Shown here: in pieces, positions 13,182-27,650 of the stretch | Position numbering within the stretch: position 1 is the stretch's first letter | How the letters are laid out: each line of letters begins with the position of its first letter | Virus genome (UHGV): UHGV-0228494 | DNA from: a virus | Length of the DNA stretch: 45,812 nucleotides | Reading direction: 5' to 3' (one strand) | Position numbers and translations under genes: made by a program | Notes under the pieces: model-generated | What the model was told of the DNA's origin: nothing | Seen by the model: only the letters and a program-made list of their open reading frames with translations | Database searches by the model: none

Positions 13182-13580
13182 ATGACGAAAGATGAACTGA
13201 TTGCCCGTCTCCGCTCGCTGGGTGAACAACTGAACCGTGATGTCAGCCTGACGGGGACGAAAGAAGAACTGGCGCTCCGTGTGGCAGAGCTGGAAGAGGA
13301 GCTTGATGACACGGATGAAACTGCCGGTCAGGACACCCCTCTCAGCCGGGAAAATGTGCTGACCGGACATGAAAATGAGGTGGGATCAGCGCAGCCGGAT
13401 ACCGTGATTCTGGATACGTCTGAACTGGTCACGGTCGTGGCACTGGTGACGCTGCATACTGATGCACTTCACGCCACGCGGGATGAACCTGTGGCATTTG
13501 TGCTTCCGGGAACGGCGTTCCGTGTCTCTGCCGGTGTGGCAGCCGAAATGACAGAACGTGGCCTGGCCAGAATGCAATAA
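13182..13580 (+). CDS. Fi: DNA packaging protein Fi
   Basis: MTKDELIARLRSLGEQLNRDVSLTGTKEELA..., 132 aa. Confidence 0.93.
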   Translation: MTKDELIARLRSLGEQLNRDVSLTGTKEELALRVAELEEELDDTDETAGQDTPLSRENVLTGHENEVGSAQPDTVILDTSELVTVVALVTLHTDALHATRDEPVAFVLPGTAFRVSAGVAAEMTERGLARMQ

Positions 13581-13591
13581 CGGGAGGCGCT

Positions 13592-13945
13592 GTGGCTGAT
13601 TTCGATAACCTGTTCGATGCTGCCATTGTCCGCGCCGATGAAACGATACGCGGGTACATGGGAACGTCAGCCACCATGACATCCGGTGAGCAGTCCGGCG
13701 CAGTAATACGTGGTGTTTTTGATGACCCTGAAAATATCAGCTATGCCGGACAGGGCGTGCGCGTTGAAGGCTCCAGCCCGTCCCTGTTTGTCCGGACTGA
13801 TGATGTGCGGCAGCTGCGGCGCGGCGACACGCTGACCATCGGTGAGGAAAACTTCTGGATAGACCGGATTTCGACGGATGATGGCGGAAGCTGTCATCTC
13901 TGGCTTGGGCGTGGCGTGCCGCCTGCCGTTAACCGTCGTCGCTGA
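13592..13945 (+). CDS. FII: Head-tail connector FII
   Basis: MADFDNLFDAAIVRADETIRGYMGTSATMTSGEQ..., 117 aa. Confidence 0.95.
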   Translation: MADFDNLFDAAIVRADETIRGYMGTSATMTSGEQSGAVIRGVFDDPENISYAGQGVRVEGSSPSLFVRTDDVRQLRRGDTLTIGEENFWIDRISTDDGGSCHLWLGRGVPPAVNRRR

Positions 13946-13956
13946 AGGGGGGATGT

Positions 13957-14535
13957 ATGGCCATAAAAGGTCTTGAGCAGGCCGTTGAAAACCTCAGCCG
14001 TATCAGCAGAACGGCGGTGCCCGGTGCCGCCGCAATGGCCATTAACCGCGTTGCTTCATCCGCGATATCGCAGTCGGCGTCACAGGTTGCCCGTGAGACA
14101 AAGGTACGCCGGAAACTGGTAAAGGAAAGGGCCAGGCTGAAAAGGGCCACGGTCAAAAATCCGCAGGCCAGAATCAAGGTTAACCGGGGGGATTTGCCCG
14201 TAATCAGGCTGGGTAACGCGCGGGTTGTCCTGTCCCGACGCAGGCGTCGTAAAAAGGGGCAGCGTTCATCCCTGAAAGGTGGCGACAGCGTGCTTGTGGT
14301 GGGAAACCGTCGTATTCCCGGCGCGTTTATTCAGCAACTGAAAAATGGCCGATGGCATGTCATGCAGCGTGTGGCCGGGAAAAACCGTTACCCCATTGAT
14401 GTGGTGAAAATCCCGATGGCAGTGCCGCTGACCACGGCGTTTAAACAGAATATTGAGCGGATACGGCGTGAACGTCTTCCGAAAGAGCTGGGCTATGCGC
14501 TGCAGCATCAACTGAGGATGGTAATAAAGCGATGA
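13957..14535 (+). CDS. Z: Tail completion protein Z
   Basis: MAIKGLEQAVENLSRISRTAVPGAAAMAINRV..., 192 aa. Confidence 0.95.
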   Translation: MAIKGLEQAVENLSRISRTAVPGAAAMAINRVASSAISQSASQVARETKVRRKLVKERARLKRATVKNPQARIKVNRGDLPVIRLGNARVVLSRRRRRKKGQRSSLKGGDSVLVVGNRRIPGAFIQQLKNGRWHVMQRVAGKNRYPIDVVKIPMAVPLTTAFKQNIERIRRERLPKELGYALQHQLRMVIKR

Positions 14536-14927
14536 AACATACAGAACTCCGTGCAGCCGTACTGGATGCACTGGAAAAACATGACACCGGGGCGACGCTT
14601 TTTGATGGTCGCCCCGCTGTTTTTGATGAGGAGGATTTTCCGGCAGTTGCCGTTTATCTCACCGGCGCTGAATACACGGGCGAAGAGCTGGACAGCGATA
14701 CCTGGCAGGCGGAGCTGCATATTGAAGTTTTCCTGCCTGCTCAGGTGCCGGATTCAGAGCTGGATTCGTGGATGGAGTCCCGGATTTATCCGGTGATGAG
14801 CGATGTCCCGGCACTGTCAGATTTGATCACCAGTATGGTGGCCAGTGGCTATGACTACCGGCGCGACGATGATGCGGGCCTGTGGAGTTCAGCCGATCTG
14901 ACTTATGTCATTACCTATGAAATGTGA
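14532..14927 (+). CDS. U: Tail terminator protein U
   Basis: [37 protein letters not shown]..., 131 aa. Confidence 0.95.
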   Translation: MKHTELRAAVLDALEKHDTGATLFDGRPAVFDEEDFPAVAVYLTGAEYTGEELDSDTWQAELHIEVFLPAQVPDSELDSWMESRIYPVMSDVPALSDLITSMVASGYDYRRDDDAGLWSSADLTYVITYEM

Positions 14928-14934
14928 GGACGAT

Positions 14935-15675
14935 ATGCCTGTACCAAATCCAGTAATGCCGGTGAAAGGGGCCGGGACCACCCTGTGGGTTTATAAGGGG
15001 AACGGTGACCCTTATGCGAACCCGCTTTCAGACGTTGACTGGTCGCGTCTGGCTAAAGTTAAAGACCTGACGCCCGGCGAACTGAGCGCTGAGTCCTATG
15101 ACGACAGCTATCTCGATGATGAAGATGCGGACTGGACTGCGACCGGGCAGGGGCAGAAATCTGCCGGAGATACCAGCTTCACGCTGGCGTGGATGCCCGG
15201 AGAGCAGGGGCAGCAGGCGCTGCTGGCGTGGTTTAATGAAGGGGATACCCGTGCCTATAAAATCCGCTTCCCGAACGGCACGGTCGATGTGTTCCGCGGC
15301 TGGGTCAGCAGTATCGGTAAGGCGGTGACGGCGAAGGAAGTGATCACCCGCACGGTGAAAGTCACCAACGTGGGACGTCCGTCGATGGCAGAAGATCGCA
15401 GCACGGTGACGGCGACAACCGGCATGACGGTGACACCCGCCAGTGCTTCCGTAGTGAAAGGGCAGAGCACTACGCTGACCGTGGCATTCCAGCCGGAGGG
15501 CGCAACCGACAAGAGCTTCCGTGCGGTGTCTGCGGATAAAACAAAAGCCACCGTGTCGGTCAGCGGTATGACCATCACCGTGAACGGCGTTGCTGCAGGC
15601 AAGGTCAACATTCCGGTTGTATCCGGTAATGGTGAGTTTGCTGCGGTTGCAGAAATCACCGTCACCGCCAGTTAA
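14935..15675 (+). CDS. V: Major tail protein V (with C-terminal Ig-like domain)
   Basis: Internal start [31 protein letters not shown]..., 246 aa. Confidence 0.95.
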   Translation: MPVPNPVMPVKGAGTTLWVYKGNGDPYANPLSDVDWSRLAKVKDLTPGELSAESYDDSYLDDEDADWTATGQGQKSAGDTSFTLAWMPGEQGQQALLAWFNEGDTRAYKIRFPNGTVDVFRGWVSSIGKAVTAKEVITRTVKVTNVGRPSMAEDRSTVTATTGMTVTPASASVVKGQSTTLTVAFQPEGATDKSFRAVSADKTKATVSVSGMTITVNGVAAGKVNIPVVSGNGEFAAVAEITVTAS

Positions 15676-15690
15676 TCCGGAGAGTCAGCG

Positions 15691-16113
15691 ATGTTCCTGA
15701 AAACCGAATCATTTGAATATAACGGCGTGACCGTCACGCTTTCTGAACTGTCAGCCCTGCAGCGTATTGAGCATCTTGCCCTGATGAAACGGCAGGCAGA
15801 ACCGGCGGGATCCGACAGCAACCGGCAGGTTACTGTGGAAGACGTCATCAGAACCGGCGCGTTTCTGGTGGCGATGTCCCTGTGGCATAACCATCCGAAG
15901 AAGACGCAGATGCCGTCCATGAATGAAGCCGTTAAACAGATTGAGCAGGAAGTGCTTACCACCTGGCCCACAGAGGCAATTTCTCATGCTGAAAACGTGG
16001 TGTACCGGCTGTCCGGTATGTATGAGTTTGTGGTGAATAATGCCCCCGAACAGGCAGAGGACGCCGGGCCTGCAGAGCCTGTTTCTGCGGGAAAGTGTTC
16101 GACGGTGAGCTGA
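15691..16113 (+). CDS. G: Tail assembly chaperone G
   Basis: MFLKTESFEYNGVTVTLSELSALQRIEHLALMKRQ..., 140 aa. Confidence 0.95.
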   Translation: MFLKTESFEYNGVTVTLSELSALQRIEHLALMKRQAEPAGSDSNRQVTVEDVIRTGAFLVAMSLWHNHPKKTQMPSMNEAVKQIEQEVLTTWPTEAISHAENVVYRLSGMYEFVVNNAPEQAEDAGPAEPVSAGKCSTVS

Positions 16114-16529
16114 GTTTTGCCCTGAAACTGGCGCGTGAGATGGGGCGACCCGACTGGCGTGCCATGCTTGCCGGGATGTCATCCACGGAGTATGCCGACT
16201 GGCACCGCTTTTACAGTACCCATTATTTTCATGATGTTCTGCTGGATATGCACTTTTCCGGGCTGACGTACACCGTGCTCAGCCTGTTTTTCAGCGATCC
16301 GGATATGCATCCGCTGGATTTCAGTCTGCTGAACCGGCGCGAGGCTGACGAAGAGCCTGAAGATGATGTGCTGATGCAGAAAGCGGCAGGGCTTGCCGGA
16401 GGTGTCCGCTTTGGCCCGGACGGGAATGAAGTTATCCCCGCTTCCCCGGATGTGGCGGACATGACGGAGGATGACGTAATGCTGATGACAGTATCAGAAG
16501 GGATCGCAGGAGGAGTCCGGTATGGCTGA
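15691..16529 (+). CDS. T: Tail assembly chaperone G-T fusion made by programmed -1 ribosomal frameshift
   Basis: T frame (16095..16529) overlaps the G 3' end; slippery heptamer GGGAAAG at 16088-16094 as in lambda. Confidence 0.85.
16088..16094 (+). other. -1 programmed frameshift slippery site G_GGA_AAG (G to G-T)
   Basis: Heptamer read directly in GCGGGAAAGTG near the 3' end of G. Confidence 0.85.
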
Positions 16530-19083
16530 ACCGGTAGGCGATCTGGTCGTTGATTTGAGTCTGGATGCGGCCAGATTTGACGAGCAGATGGCCAGAGTCA
16601 GGCGTCATTTTTCCGGTACGGAAAGTGATGCGAAAAAAACAGCGGCAGTCGTTGAACAGTCGCTGAGCCGACAGGCGCTGGCTGCACAGAAAGCGGGGAT
16701 TTCCGTCGGGCAGTATAAAGCCGCCATGCGTATGCTGCCTGCACAGTTCACCGACGTGGCCACGCAGCTTGCAGGCGGGCAAAGTCCGTGGCTGATCCTG
16801 CTGCAACAGGGGGGGCAGGTGAAGGACTCCTTCGGCGGGATGATCCCCATGTTCAGGGGGCTTGCCGGTGCGATCACCCTGCCGATGGTGGGGGCCACCT
16901 CGCTGGCGGTGGCGACCGGTGCGCTGGCGTATGCCTGGTATCAGGGCAACTCAACCCTGTCCGATTTCAACAAAACGCTGGTCCTTTCCGGCAATCAGGC
17001 GGGTCTGACGGCAGATCGTATGCTGGTCCTGTCCAGAGCCGGGCAGGCGGCAGGGCTGACGTTTAACCAGACCAGCGAGTCACTCAGCGCACTGGTTAAG
17101 GCGGGGGTAAGCGGTGAGGCTCAGATTGCGTCCATCAGCCAGAGTGTGGCGCGTTTCTCCTCTGCATCCGGCGTGGAGGTGGACAAGGTCGCTGAAGCCT
17201 TCGGGAAGCTGACCACAGACCCGACGTCGGGGCTGACGGCGATGGCACGCCAGTTCCATAACGTGACGGCGGAGCAGATTGCGTATGTTGCTCAGTTGCA
17301 GCGTTCCGGCGATGAAGCCGGGGCATTGCAGGCGGCGAACGAGGCCGCAACGAAAGGGTTTGATGACCAGACCCGCCGCCTGAAAGAGAACATGGGCACG
17401 CTGGAGACCTGGGCAGACAGGACTGCGCGGGCATTCAAATCCATGTGGGATGCGGTGCTGGATATTGGTCGTCCTGATACCGCGCAGGAGATGCTGATTA
17501 AGGCAGAGGCTGCGTTTAAGAAAGCAGACGACATCTGGAATCTGCGCAAGGATGATTATTTTGTTAACGATGAAGCGCGGGCGCGTTACTGGGATGATCG
17601 TGAAAAGGCCCGTCTTGCGCTTGAAGCCGCCCGAAAGAAGGCTGAACAGCAGAGTCAACAGGACAAAAATGCGCAGCAGCAGAGCGATACCGAAGCGTCA
17701 CGGCTGAAATATACCGAAGAGGCGCAGAAGGCTTACGAACGGCTGCAGACGCCGCTGGAGAAATATGCCGCCCGTCAGGAAGAACTGAATAAGGCCCTGA
17801 AAGACGGAAAAATCCTGCAGGCAGATTACAACACGCTGATGGCGGCAGCGAAAAAGGACTATGAAACGACACTGAAAAAGCCGAAGCAGTCCGGCGTGAA
17901 GGTGTCTGCGGGCGATCGTCAGGAAGACAGTGCTCATGCTGCCCTGCTGACGCTTCAGGCTGAACTCCGGACGCTGGAGAAGCATGCCGGAGCAAATGAG
18001 AAAATCAGCCAGCAGCGCCGGGATTTGTGGAAGGCGGAGAGTCAGTTCGCGGTACTGGAGGAGGCGGCGCAACGTCGCCAGCTGTCTGTACAGGAGAAAT
18101 CCCTGCTGGCGCATAAAGATGAGACGCTGGAGTACAAACGCCAGCTGGCTGCACTTGGCGACAAGGTTACGTATCAGGAGCGCCTGAACGCGCTGGCGCA
18201 GCAGGCGGATAAATTCGCACAGCAGCAACGGGCAAAACGGGCCGCCATTGATGCGAAAAGCCGGGGGCTGACTGACCGGCAGGCAGAACGGGAAGCCACG
18301 GAACAGCGCCTGAAGGAACAGTATGGCGATAATCCGCTGGCGCTGAATAACGTCATGTCAGAGCAGAAAAAGACCTGGGCGGCTGAAGACCAGCTTCGCG
18401 GGAACTGGATGGCAGGCCTGAAGTCCGGCTGGAGTGAGTGGGAAGAGAGCGCCACGGACAGTATGTCGCAGGTAAAAAGTGCAGCCACGCAGACCTTTGA
18501 TGGTATTGCACAGAATATGGCGGCGATGCTGACCGGCAGTGAGCAGAACTGGCGCAGCTTCACCCGTTCCGTGCTGTCCATGATGACAGAAATTCTGCTT
18601 AAGCAGGCAATGGTGGGGATTGTCGGGAGTATCGGCAGCGCCATTGGCGGGGCTGTTGGTGGCGGCGCATCCGCGTCAGGCGGTACAGCCATTCAGGCCG
18701 CTGCGGCGAAATTCCATTTTGCAACCGGAGGATTTACGGGAACCGGCGGCAAATATGAGCCAGCGGGGATTGTTCACCGTGGTGAGTTTGTCTTCACGAA
18801 GGAGGCAACCAGCCGGATTGGCGTGGGGAATCTTTACCGGCTGATGCGCGGCTATGCCACCGGCGGTTATGTCGGTACACCGGGCAGCATGGCAGACAGC
18901 CGGTCGCAGGCGTCCGGGACGTTTGAGCAGAATAACCATGTGGTGATTAACAACGACGGCACGAACGGGCAGATAGGTCCGGCTGCTCTGAAGGCGGTGT
19001 ATGACATGGCCCGCAAGGGTGCCCGTGATGAAATTCAGACACAGATGCGTGATGGTGGCCTGTTCTCCGGAGGTGGACGATGA
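16522..19083 (+). CDS. H: Tail tape measure protein H
   Basis: 853 aa, same length as lambda gpH; MAEPVGDLVVDLSLDAARFDEQMARVRRH... Confidence 0.97.
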   Translation: MAEPVGDLVVDLSLDAARFDEQMARVRRHFSGTESDAKKTAAVVEQSLSRQALAAQKAGISVGQYKAAMRMLPAQFTDVATQLAGGQSPWLILLQQGGQVKDSFGGMIPMFRGLAGAITLPMVGATSLAVATGALAYAWYQGNSTLSDFNKTLVLSGNQAGLTADRMLVLSRAGQAAGLTFNQTSESLSALVKAGVSGEAQIASISQSVARFSSASGVEVDKVAEAFGKLTTDPTSGLTAMARQFHNVTAEQIAYVAQLQRSGDEAGALQAANEAATKGFDDQTRRLKENMGTLETWADRTARAFKSMWDAVLDIGRPDTAQEMLIKAEAAFKKADDIWNLRKDDYFVNDEARARYWDDREKARLALEAARKKAEQQSQQDKNAQQQSDTEASRLKYTEEAQKAYERLQTPLEKYAARQEELNKALKDGKILQADYNTLMAAAKKDYETTLKKPKQSGVKVSAGDRQEDSAHAALLTLQAELRTLEKHAGANEKISQQRRDLWKAESQFAVLEEAAQRRQLSVQEKSLLAHKDETLEYKRQLAALGDKVTYQERLNALAQQADKFAQQQRAKRAAIDAKSRGLTDRQAEREATEQRLKEQYGDNPLALNNVMSEQKKTWAAEDQLRGNWMAGLKSGWSEWEESATDSMSQVKSAATQTFDGIAQNMAAMLTGSEQNWRSFTRSVLSMMTEILLKQAMVGIVGSIGSAIGGAVGGGASASGGTAIQAAAAKFHFATGGFTGTGGKYEPAGIVHRGEFVFTKEATSRIGVGNLYRLMRGYATGGYVGTPGSMADSRSQASGTFEQNNHVVINNDGTNGQIGPAALKAVYDMARKGARDEIQTQMRDGGLFSGGGR

Positions 19084-19409
19084 AGACCTTCCGCTGGAAA
19101 GTGAAACCCGGTATGGATGTGGCTTCGGTCCCTTCTGTAAGAAAGGTGCGCTTTGGTGATGGCTATTCTCAGCGAGCGCCTGCCGGGCTGAATGCCAACC
19201 TGAAAACGTACAGCGTGACGCTTTCTGTCCCCCGTGAGGAGGCCACGGTACTGGAGTCGTTTCTGGAAGAGCACGGGGGCTGGAAATCCTTTCTGTGGAC
19301 GCCGCCTTATGAGTGGCAGCAGATAAAGGTGACCTGCGCAAAATGGTCGTCGCGGGTCAGTATGCTGCGTGTTGAGTTCAGCGCAGAGTTTGAACAGGTG
19401 GTGAACTGA
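19080..19409 (+). CDS. M: Minor tail protein M
   Basis: 109 aa, MKTFRWKVKPGMDVASVPSVRKVRFGDGYSQRAP... Confidence 0.95.
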   Translation: MKTFRWKVKPGMDVASVPSVRKVRFGDGYSQRAPAGLNANLKTYSVTLSVPREEATVLESFLEEHGGWKSFLWTPPYEWQQIKVTCAKWSSRVSMLRVEFSAEFEQVVN

Positions 19410-20107
19410 TGCAGGATATCCGGCAGGAAACACTGAATGAATGCACCCGTGCGGAGCAGTCGGCCAGCGTGGTGCTCTGGGAAATCGACCTGACAGAGGT
19501 CGGTGGAGAACGTTATTTTTTCTGTAATGAGCAGAACGAAAAAGGTGAGCCGGTCACCTGGCAGGGGCGACAGTATCAGCCGTATCCCATTCAGGGGAGC
19601 GGTTTTGAACTGAATGGCAAAGGCACCAGTACGCGCCCCACGCTGACGGTTTCTAACCTGTACGGTATGGTCACCGGGATGGCGGAAGATCTGCAGAGTC
19701 TGGTCGGCGGAACGGTGGTCCGGCGTAAGGTTTACGCCCGTTTTCTGGATGCGGTGAACTTCGTCAACGGAAACAGTTATGCCGATCCGGAGCAGGAGGT
19801 GATCAGCCGCTGGCGCATTGAGCAGTGCAGCGAACTGAGCGCGGTGAGTGCCTCCTTTGTACTGTCCACGCCGACGGAAACGGATGGCGCTGTTTTTCCG
19901 GGACGTATCATGCTGGCCAACACCTGCACCTGGACCTATCGCGGTGACGAGTGCGGTTATAGCGGTCCGGCTGTCGCGGATGAATATGACCAGCCAACGT
20001 CCGATATCACGAAGGATAAATGCAGCAAATGCCTGAGCGGTTGTAAGTTCCGCAATAACGTCGGCAACTTTGGCGGCTTCCTTTCCATTAACAAACTTTC
20101 GCAGTAA
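19409..20107 (+). CDS. L: Minor tail protein L
   Basis: 232 aa, MQDIRQETLNECTRAEQSASVVLWEIDLTEVGG...; Cys cluster near C-terminus. Confidence 0.95.
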   Translation: MQDIRQETLNECTRAEQSASVVLWEIDLTEVGGERYFFCNEQNEKGEPVTWQGRQYQPYPIQGSGFELNGKGTSTRPTLTVSNLYGMVTGMAEDLQSLVGGTVVRRKVYARFLDAVNFVNGNSYADPEQEVISRWRIEQCSELSAVSASFVLSTPTETDGAVFPGRIMLANTCTWTYRGDECGYSGPAVADEYDQPTSDITKDKCSKCLSGCKFRNNVGNFGGFLSINKLSQ

Positions 20108-20111
20108 TCCC

Positions 20112-20855
20112 ATGACACAGACAGAATCAGCGATTCTGGCGCACGCCCGGCGATGTGCGCCAGCGGAGTCGTGTGGCTTCGTGGTGAGAACGCCGAAGGG
20201 GGAAAGATATTTTCCCTGCGTGAATATCTCCGGTGAGCCGGAGGCGTATTTCCGGATGTCGCCGGAGGACTGGCTGCGGGCAGAGATGCAGGGTGAGATT
20301 GTGGCGCTGGTCCACAGCCACCCCGGTGGTCTGCCCTGGCTGAGTGAGGCTGACAGGCGGCTGCAGGTGCAGAGCGATTTGCCGTGGTGGCTGGTCTGCC
20401 GGGGTGAGATTCATAAATTCCGCTGTGTGCCGCATCTTACCGGGCGGTGCTTTGAGCACGGGGTGACGGACTGTTACACGCTGTTCCGGGATGCTTATCA
20501 TCTGGCGGGGATTGAGATGCCGGATTTTCATCGCGGGGATGACTGGTGGCGTCACGGTCAGAATCTCTATCTGGATAATCTGGAGGCCACAGGGCTGTAT
20601 CAGGTGCCGTTGTCATCAGCACAACCGGGCGATGTGCTGCTGTGCTGTTTTGGTTCATCGGTGCCGAATCATGCCGCCATTTACTGTGGTGATGGCGAGC
20701 TGCTGCACCATATTCCTGAACAACTGAGCAAACGAGAGAGGTATACCGACAAATGGCAGCGACGCACACACTCCCTCTGGCGTCACCGGGCATGGCGCGC
20801 ATCTGCCTTTACGGGGATTTACAACGATTTGGCCGCCGCATCGACCTTCGTGTGA
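20112..20855 (+). CDS. K: Tail tip assembly protein K (NlpC/P60-type fold; longer start than the classical lambda annotation)
   Basis: MTQTESAILAHARRCAPAESCGFVV... begins 5 nt after the L stop; 3' end overlaps I. Confidence 0.9.
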   Translation: MTQTESAILAHARRCAPAESCGFVVRTPKGERYFPCVNISGEPEAYFRMSPEDWLRAEMQGEIVALVHSHPGGLPWLSEADRRLQVQSDLPWWLVCRGEIHKFRCVPHLTGRCFEHGVTDCYTLFRDAYHLAGIEMPDFHRGDDWWRHGQNLYLDNLEATGLYQVPLSSAQPGDVLLCCFGSSVPNHAAIYCGDGELLHHIPEQLSKRERYTDKWQRRTHSLWRHRAWRASAFTGIYNDLAAASTFV

Positions 20856-21394
20856 AAACGGGGGCTGAAGCCATCCGGGCGCTGGCCACACAGCTCCCGG
20901 CGTTTCGTCAGAAACTGAGCGACGGCTGGTATCAGGTACGGATTGCCGGGCGTGATACAGGTGAAACGGAATTATCAGCCCGTCTTAATGAACCGCTGGC
21001 AAATGGTGCTGTGATCCATATCGTGCCGCGTCTGGCAGGAGCCAAAAGTGGCGGTGTGTTTCAGGCTGTGCTGGGGGCGGCTGTTATGGCGGTTGCTATA
21101 TGGATGCCGGGGGTAGGAATTATGGCGAGTAATCTGCTGTTTTCTCTCGGTGCCAGTATGACGCTTGGCGGTGTTGCACAGATGCTGGCCCCTAAACCCA
21201 GAACCCCCCGCACACAGACAACGGATAACGGCAAACAGAACACCTATTTTTCTTCACTGGATAATATGGTTGCCCAGGGCAATGTTCTGCCCGTTCTGTA
21301 CGGTGAAATGCGCGTGGGATCACGTGTGGTATCTCAGGAGATCAGCACAGCAGATGAAGGTGATGGTGGTCAGGTTGTGGTGATTGGTCGCTGA
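20753..21394 (+). CDS. I: Tail tip assembly protein I
   Basis: 213 aa, MAATHTLPLASPGMARICLYGDLQRFGRRIDL... Confidence 0.93.
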   Translation: MAATHTLPLASPGMARICLYGDLQRFGRRIDLRVKTGAEAIRALATQLPAFRQKLSDGWYQVRIAGRDTGETELSARLNEPLANGAVIHIVPRLAGAKSGGVFQAVLGAAVMAVAIWMPGVGIMASNLLFSLGASMTLGGVAQMLAPKPRTPRTQTTDNGKQNTYFSSLDNMVAQGNVLPVLYGEMRVGSRVVSQEISTADEGDGGQVVVIGR

Positions 21395-21454
21395 TGAAAA
21401 ACGTTTTATGTGAAACCGCCTCCGGGCGGTTTTATCGTTTATGGAGCATGACGA

Positions 21455-26114
<4,660 letters not shown>

Positions 26115-26181
26115 CATGCCCACCGATAATCCTGTTGGTTAAAACCGGTAATGGCATAAAAATTCTGAATATCTTCACATT

Positions 26182-26209
26182 TTCACACACTGACTGTGGC
26201 GCTTATAAT
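26182..26209 (+). promoter_or_regulatory. Candidate sigma70 promoter TTCACA-N16-TATAAT (+ strand, within I-J intergenic insert)
   Basis: Near-consensus -10 TATAAT at 26204-26209 with -35 TTCACA 16 bp upstream. Confidence 0.35.
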
Positions 26210-26215
26210 TTCGCT

Positions 26216-26313
26216 GCGTTAGTGTTTTTTTGCCCGAGTAACAAAAACAACTCCTTAACATTGATCTTCATTTGTCTGTCCCCGCAGCTCCGCGATCACT
26301 GCGGGATTTTTTT
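26216..26313 (+). ncRNA. Candidate small RNA (~95-100 nt) from the putative promoter to an intrinsic terminator (CCCGCAG-loop-CTGCGGG + TTTTTTT)
   Basis: Promoter-like element followed ~70 nt later by a GC stem (26281-26305) and T7 run; no convincing ORF with RBS inside. Confidence 0.2.
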
Positions 26314-26318
26314 ATGTT

Positions 26319-26999
26319 TTATCCCTGTCGCCCGATAACCACGACCGTTCCGCCCCCGCCTTCATCACGGGTGCTGATGTCCTGGGATATACGGCGGGAG
26401 CCAACCAGCATTTCCCCGTAAGGCACCGGCATCGGGTTCCCCTGGGCAATCATGTTATCCAGCGAGGAAAAGTACGTGTTCTGTCTGCCGTTATCCGTTG
26501 CGCGGTAATCCGGTGTTTTTGCCTTCGGGGCCAGCATCTGGGCCACACCGCCCAGAATCATGCTGGCTCCAAGTGAAAACAGCATCGTGGTGGCAGAAAA
26601 ACCACCGGCTGCCAGGGCTGAACCCCATAACGCCATTGATGCCCCGGCAGTGAAGAAAGAGCCCACGATGGCTGCCGCCCCCAGCACAATCTGCAGTCCA
26701 CCCTTTCCGGCCCCGGCCAGTCGCGGCACAATATGGATGACCGTTCCCTCACCCAGCTGTTCGTGAAGACGGGCGTACACCGCCTCCGGTGCCGTGTCAT
26801 AACCGGCAATACGTATCTGGTACCAGCCTTCGTTCATCTGACGGCGAAAGCCCGGCACCTGTAACGACAGCGCCCGGATGGCTTCCGCTGCCGTGTTCAC
26901 ATACAGGCTGAGGCGGCGGCCAAATCGTTGTAAATCCCCGTGAAGGCAGATGCGTGCCAGTGGCGGTGACGCCAGACAGAATGCGTTCGTCGTTGCCAT
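26319..26999 (-). CDS. I: Tail tip assembly protein I (prophage B)
   Basis: 226 aa, MATTNAFCLASPPLARICLHGDLQRFGRR..., homolog of lambda I; overlaps K 3' end as in lambda. Confidence 0.9.
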   Translation of the reverse strand: MATTNAFCLASPPLARICLHGDLQRFGRRLSLYVNTAAEAIRALSLQVPGFRRQMNEGWYQIRIAGYDTAPEAVYARLHEQLGEGTVIHIVPRLAGAGKGGLQIVLGAAAIVGSFFTAGASMALWGSALAAGGFSATTMLFSLGASMILGGVAQMLAPKAKTPDYRATDNGRQNTYFSSLDNMIAQGNPMPVPYGEMLVGSRRISQDISTRDEGGGGTVVVIGRQG

Positions 27000-27640
27000 T
27001 TTTCGGAATACCTCTCCCGTTTACTCAGTTGTTCAGGCAGATGGTGAAGCAGCTCACCGTTGCCGCAGTAAATGGCGGCATGGTTCGGTACCGAAGCACC
27101 AAAGCAGCACAGCAGAATATCGCCCGCCTGTGCAGAGGACAGGGGCACCCGGTAAAAGCCGGTGACCGCCATATTGTCCAGGTAAAGGTTCTGACCGTTG
27201 CGCCACCAGTCATCCTCGCGATGAAAATCCGGCATTTCAGTCCCCGCCAGATGATAAGCATCCCGGAACAGCGTGTAACAGTCCGTCACCCCGTGCTCAA
27301 AGCGCCGTCCTGTCAGATGTGGCACACAGCGGAATTTGTGAATGTCACCCCGGCAGACCAGCCACCAGGGCAGTGCGCTTTTTATCTGCAGCCGCCGGTC
27401 AGCCTCGCTCAGCCAGGGCAGCCCACCGGGATGACTGTGGACCAGTGCCACAATCTCCCCCTGCATCTCTGCCCGCAGCCAGTCTTCCGGTGCGATACGA
27501 AAATACGCCTCCGGCTCTGCAGAAATATTCACACAAGGGATATACCACTCCCCCTCCGACGTGCTTATCACGAAGCCGCACGACTCCGCAGGCGCACACC
27601 GCCGGGCATGCGCCAGAATCGCTGATTCAGTCTGTGTCAT
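26897..27640 (-). CDS. K: Tail tip assembly protein K (prophage B)
   Basis: Internal start MTQTESAILAHARRCAPAESCGFVISTSEGEWYIPCVN...; same length as the prophage A K. Confidence 0.9.
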   Translation of the reverse strand: MTQTESAILAHARRCAPAESCGFVISTSEGEWYIPCVNISAEPEAYFRIAPEDWLRAEMQGEIVALVHSHPGGLPWLSEADRRLQIKSALPWWLVCRGDIHKFRCVPHLTGRRFEHGVTDCYTLFRDAYHLAGTEMPDFHREDDWWRNGQNLYLDNMAVTGFYRVPLSSAQAGDILLCCFGASVPNHAAIYCGNGELLHHLPEQLSKRERYSEKWQRRTHSVWRHRHWHASAFTGIYNDLAAASACM

Positions 27641-27650
27641 AAACCGGGAT

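Noticed and set aside
20070-20111. Upstream extension of K (MAASFPLTNFRSNP...)
   Set aside because: It would overlap the end of L; the MTQTESAIL start matches the conserved K N-terminus seen in both prophage copies.
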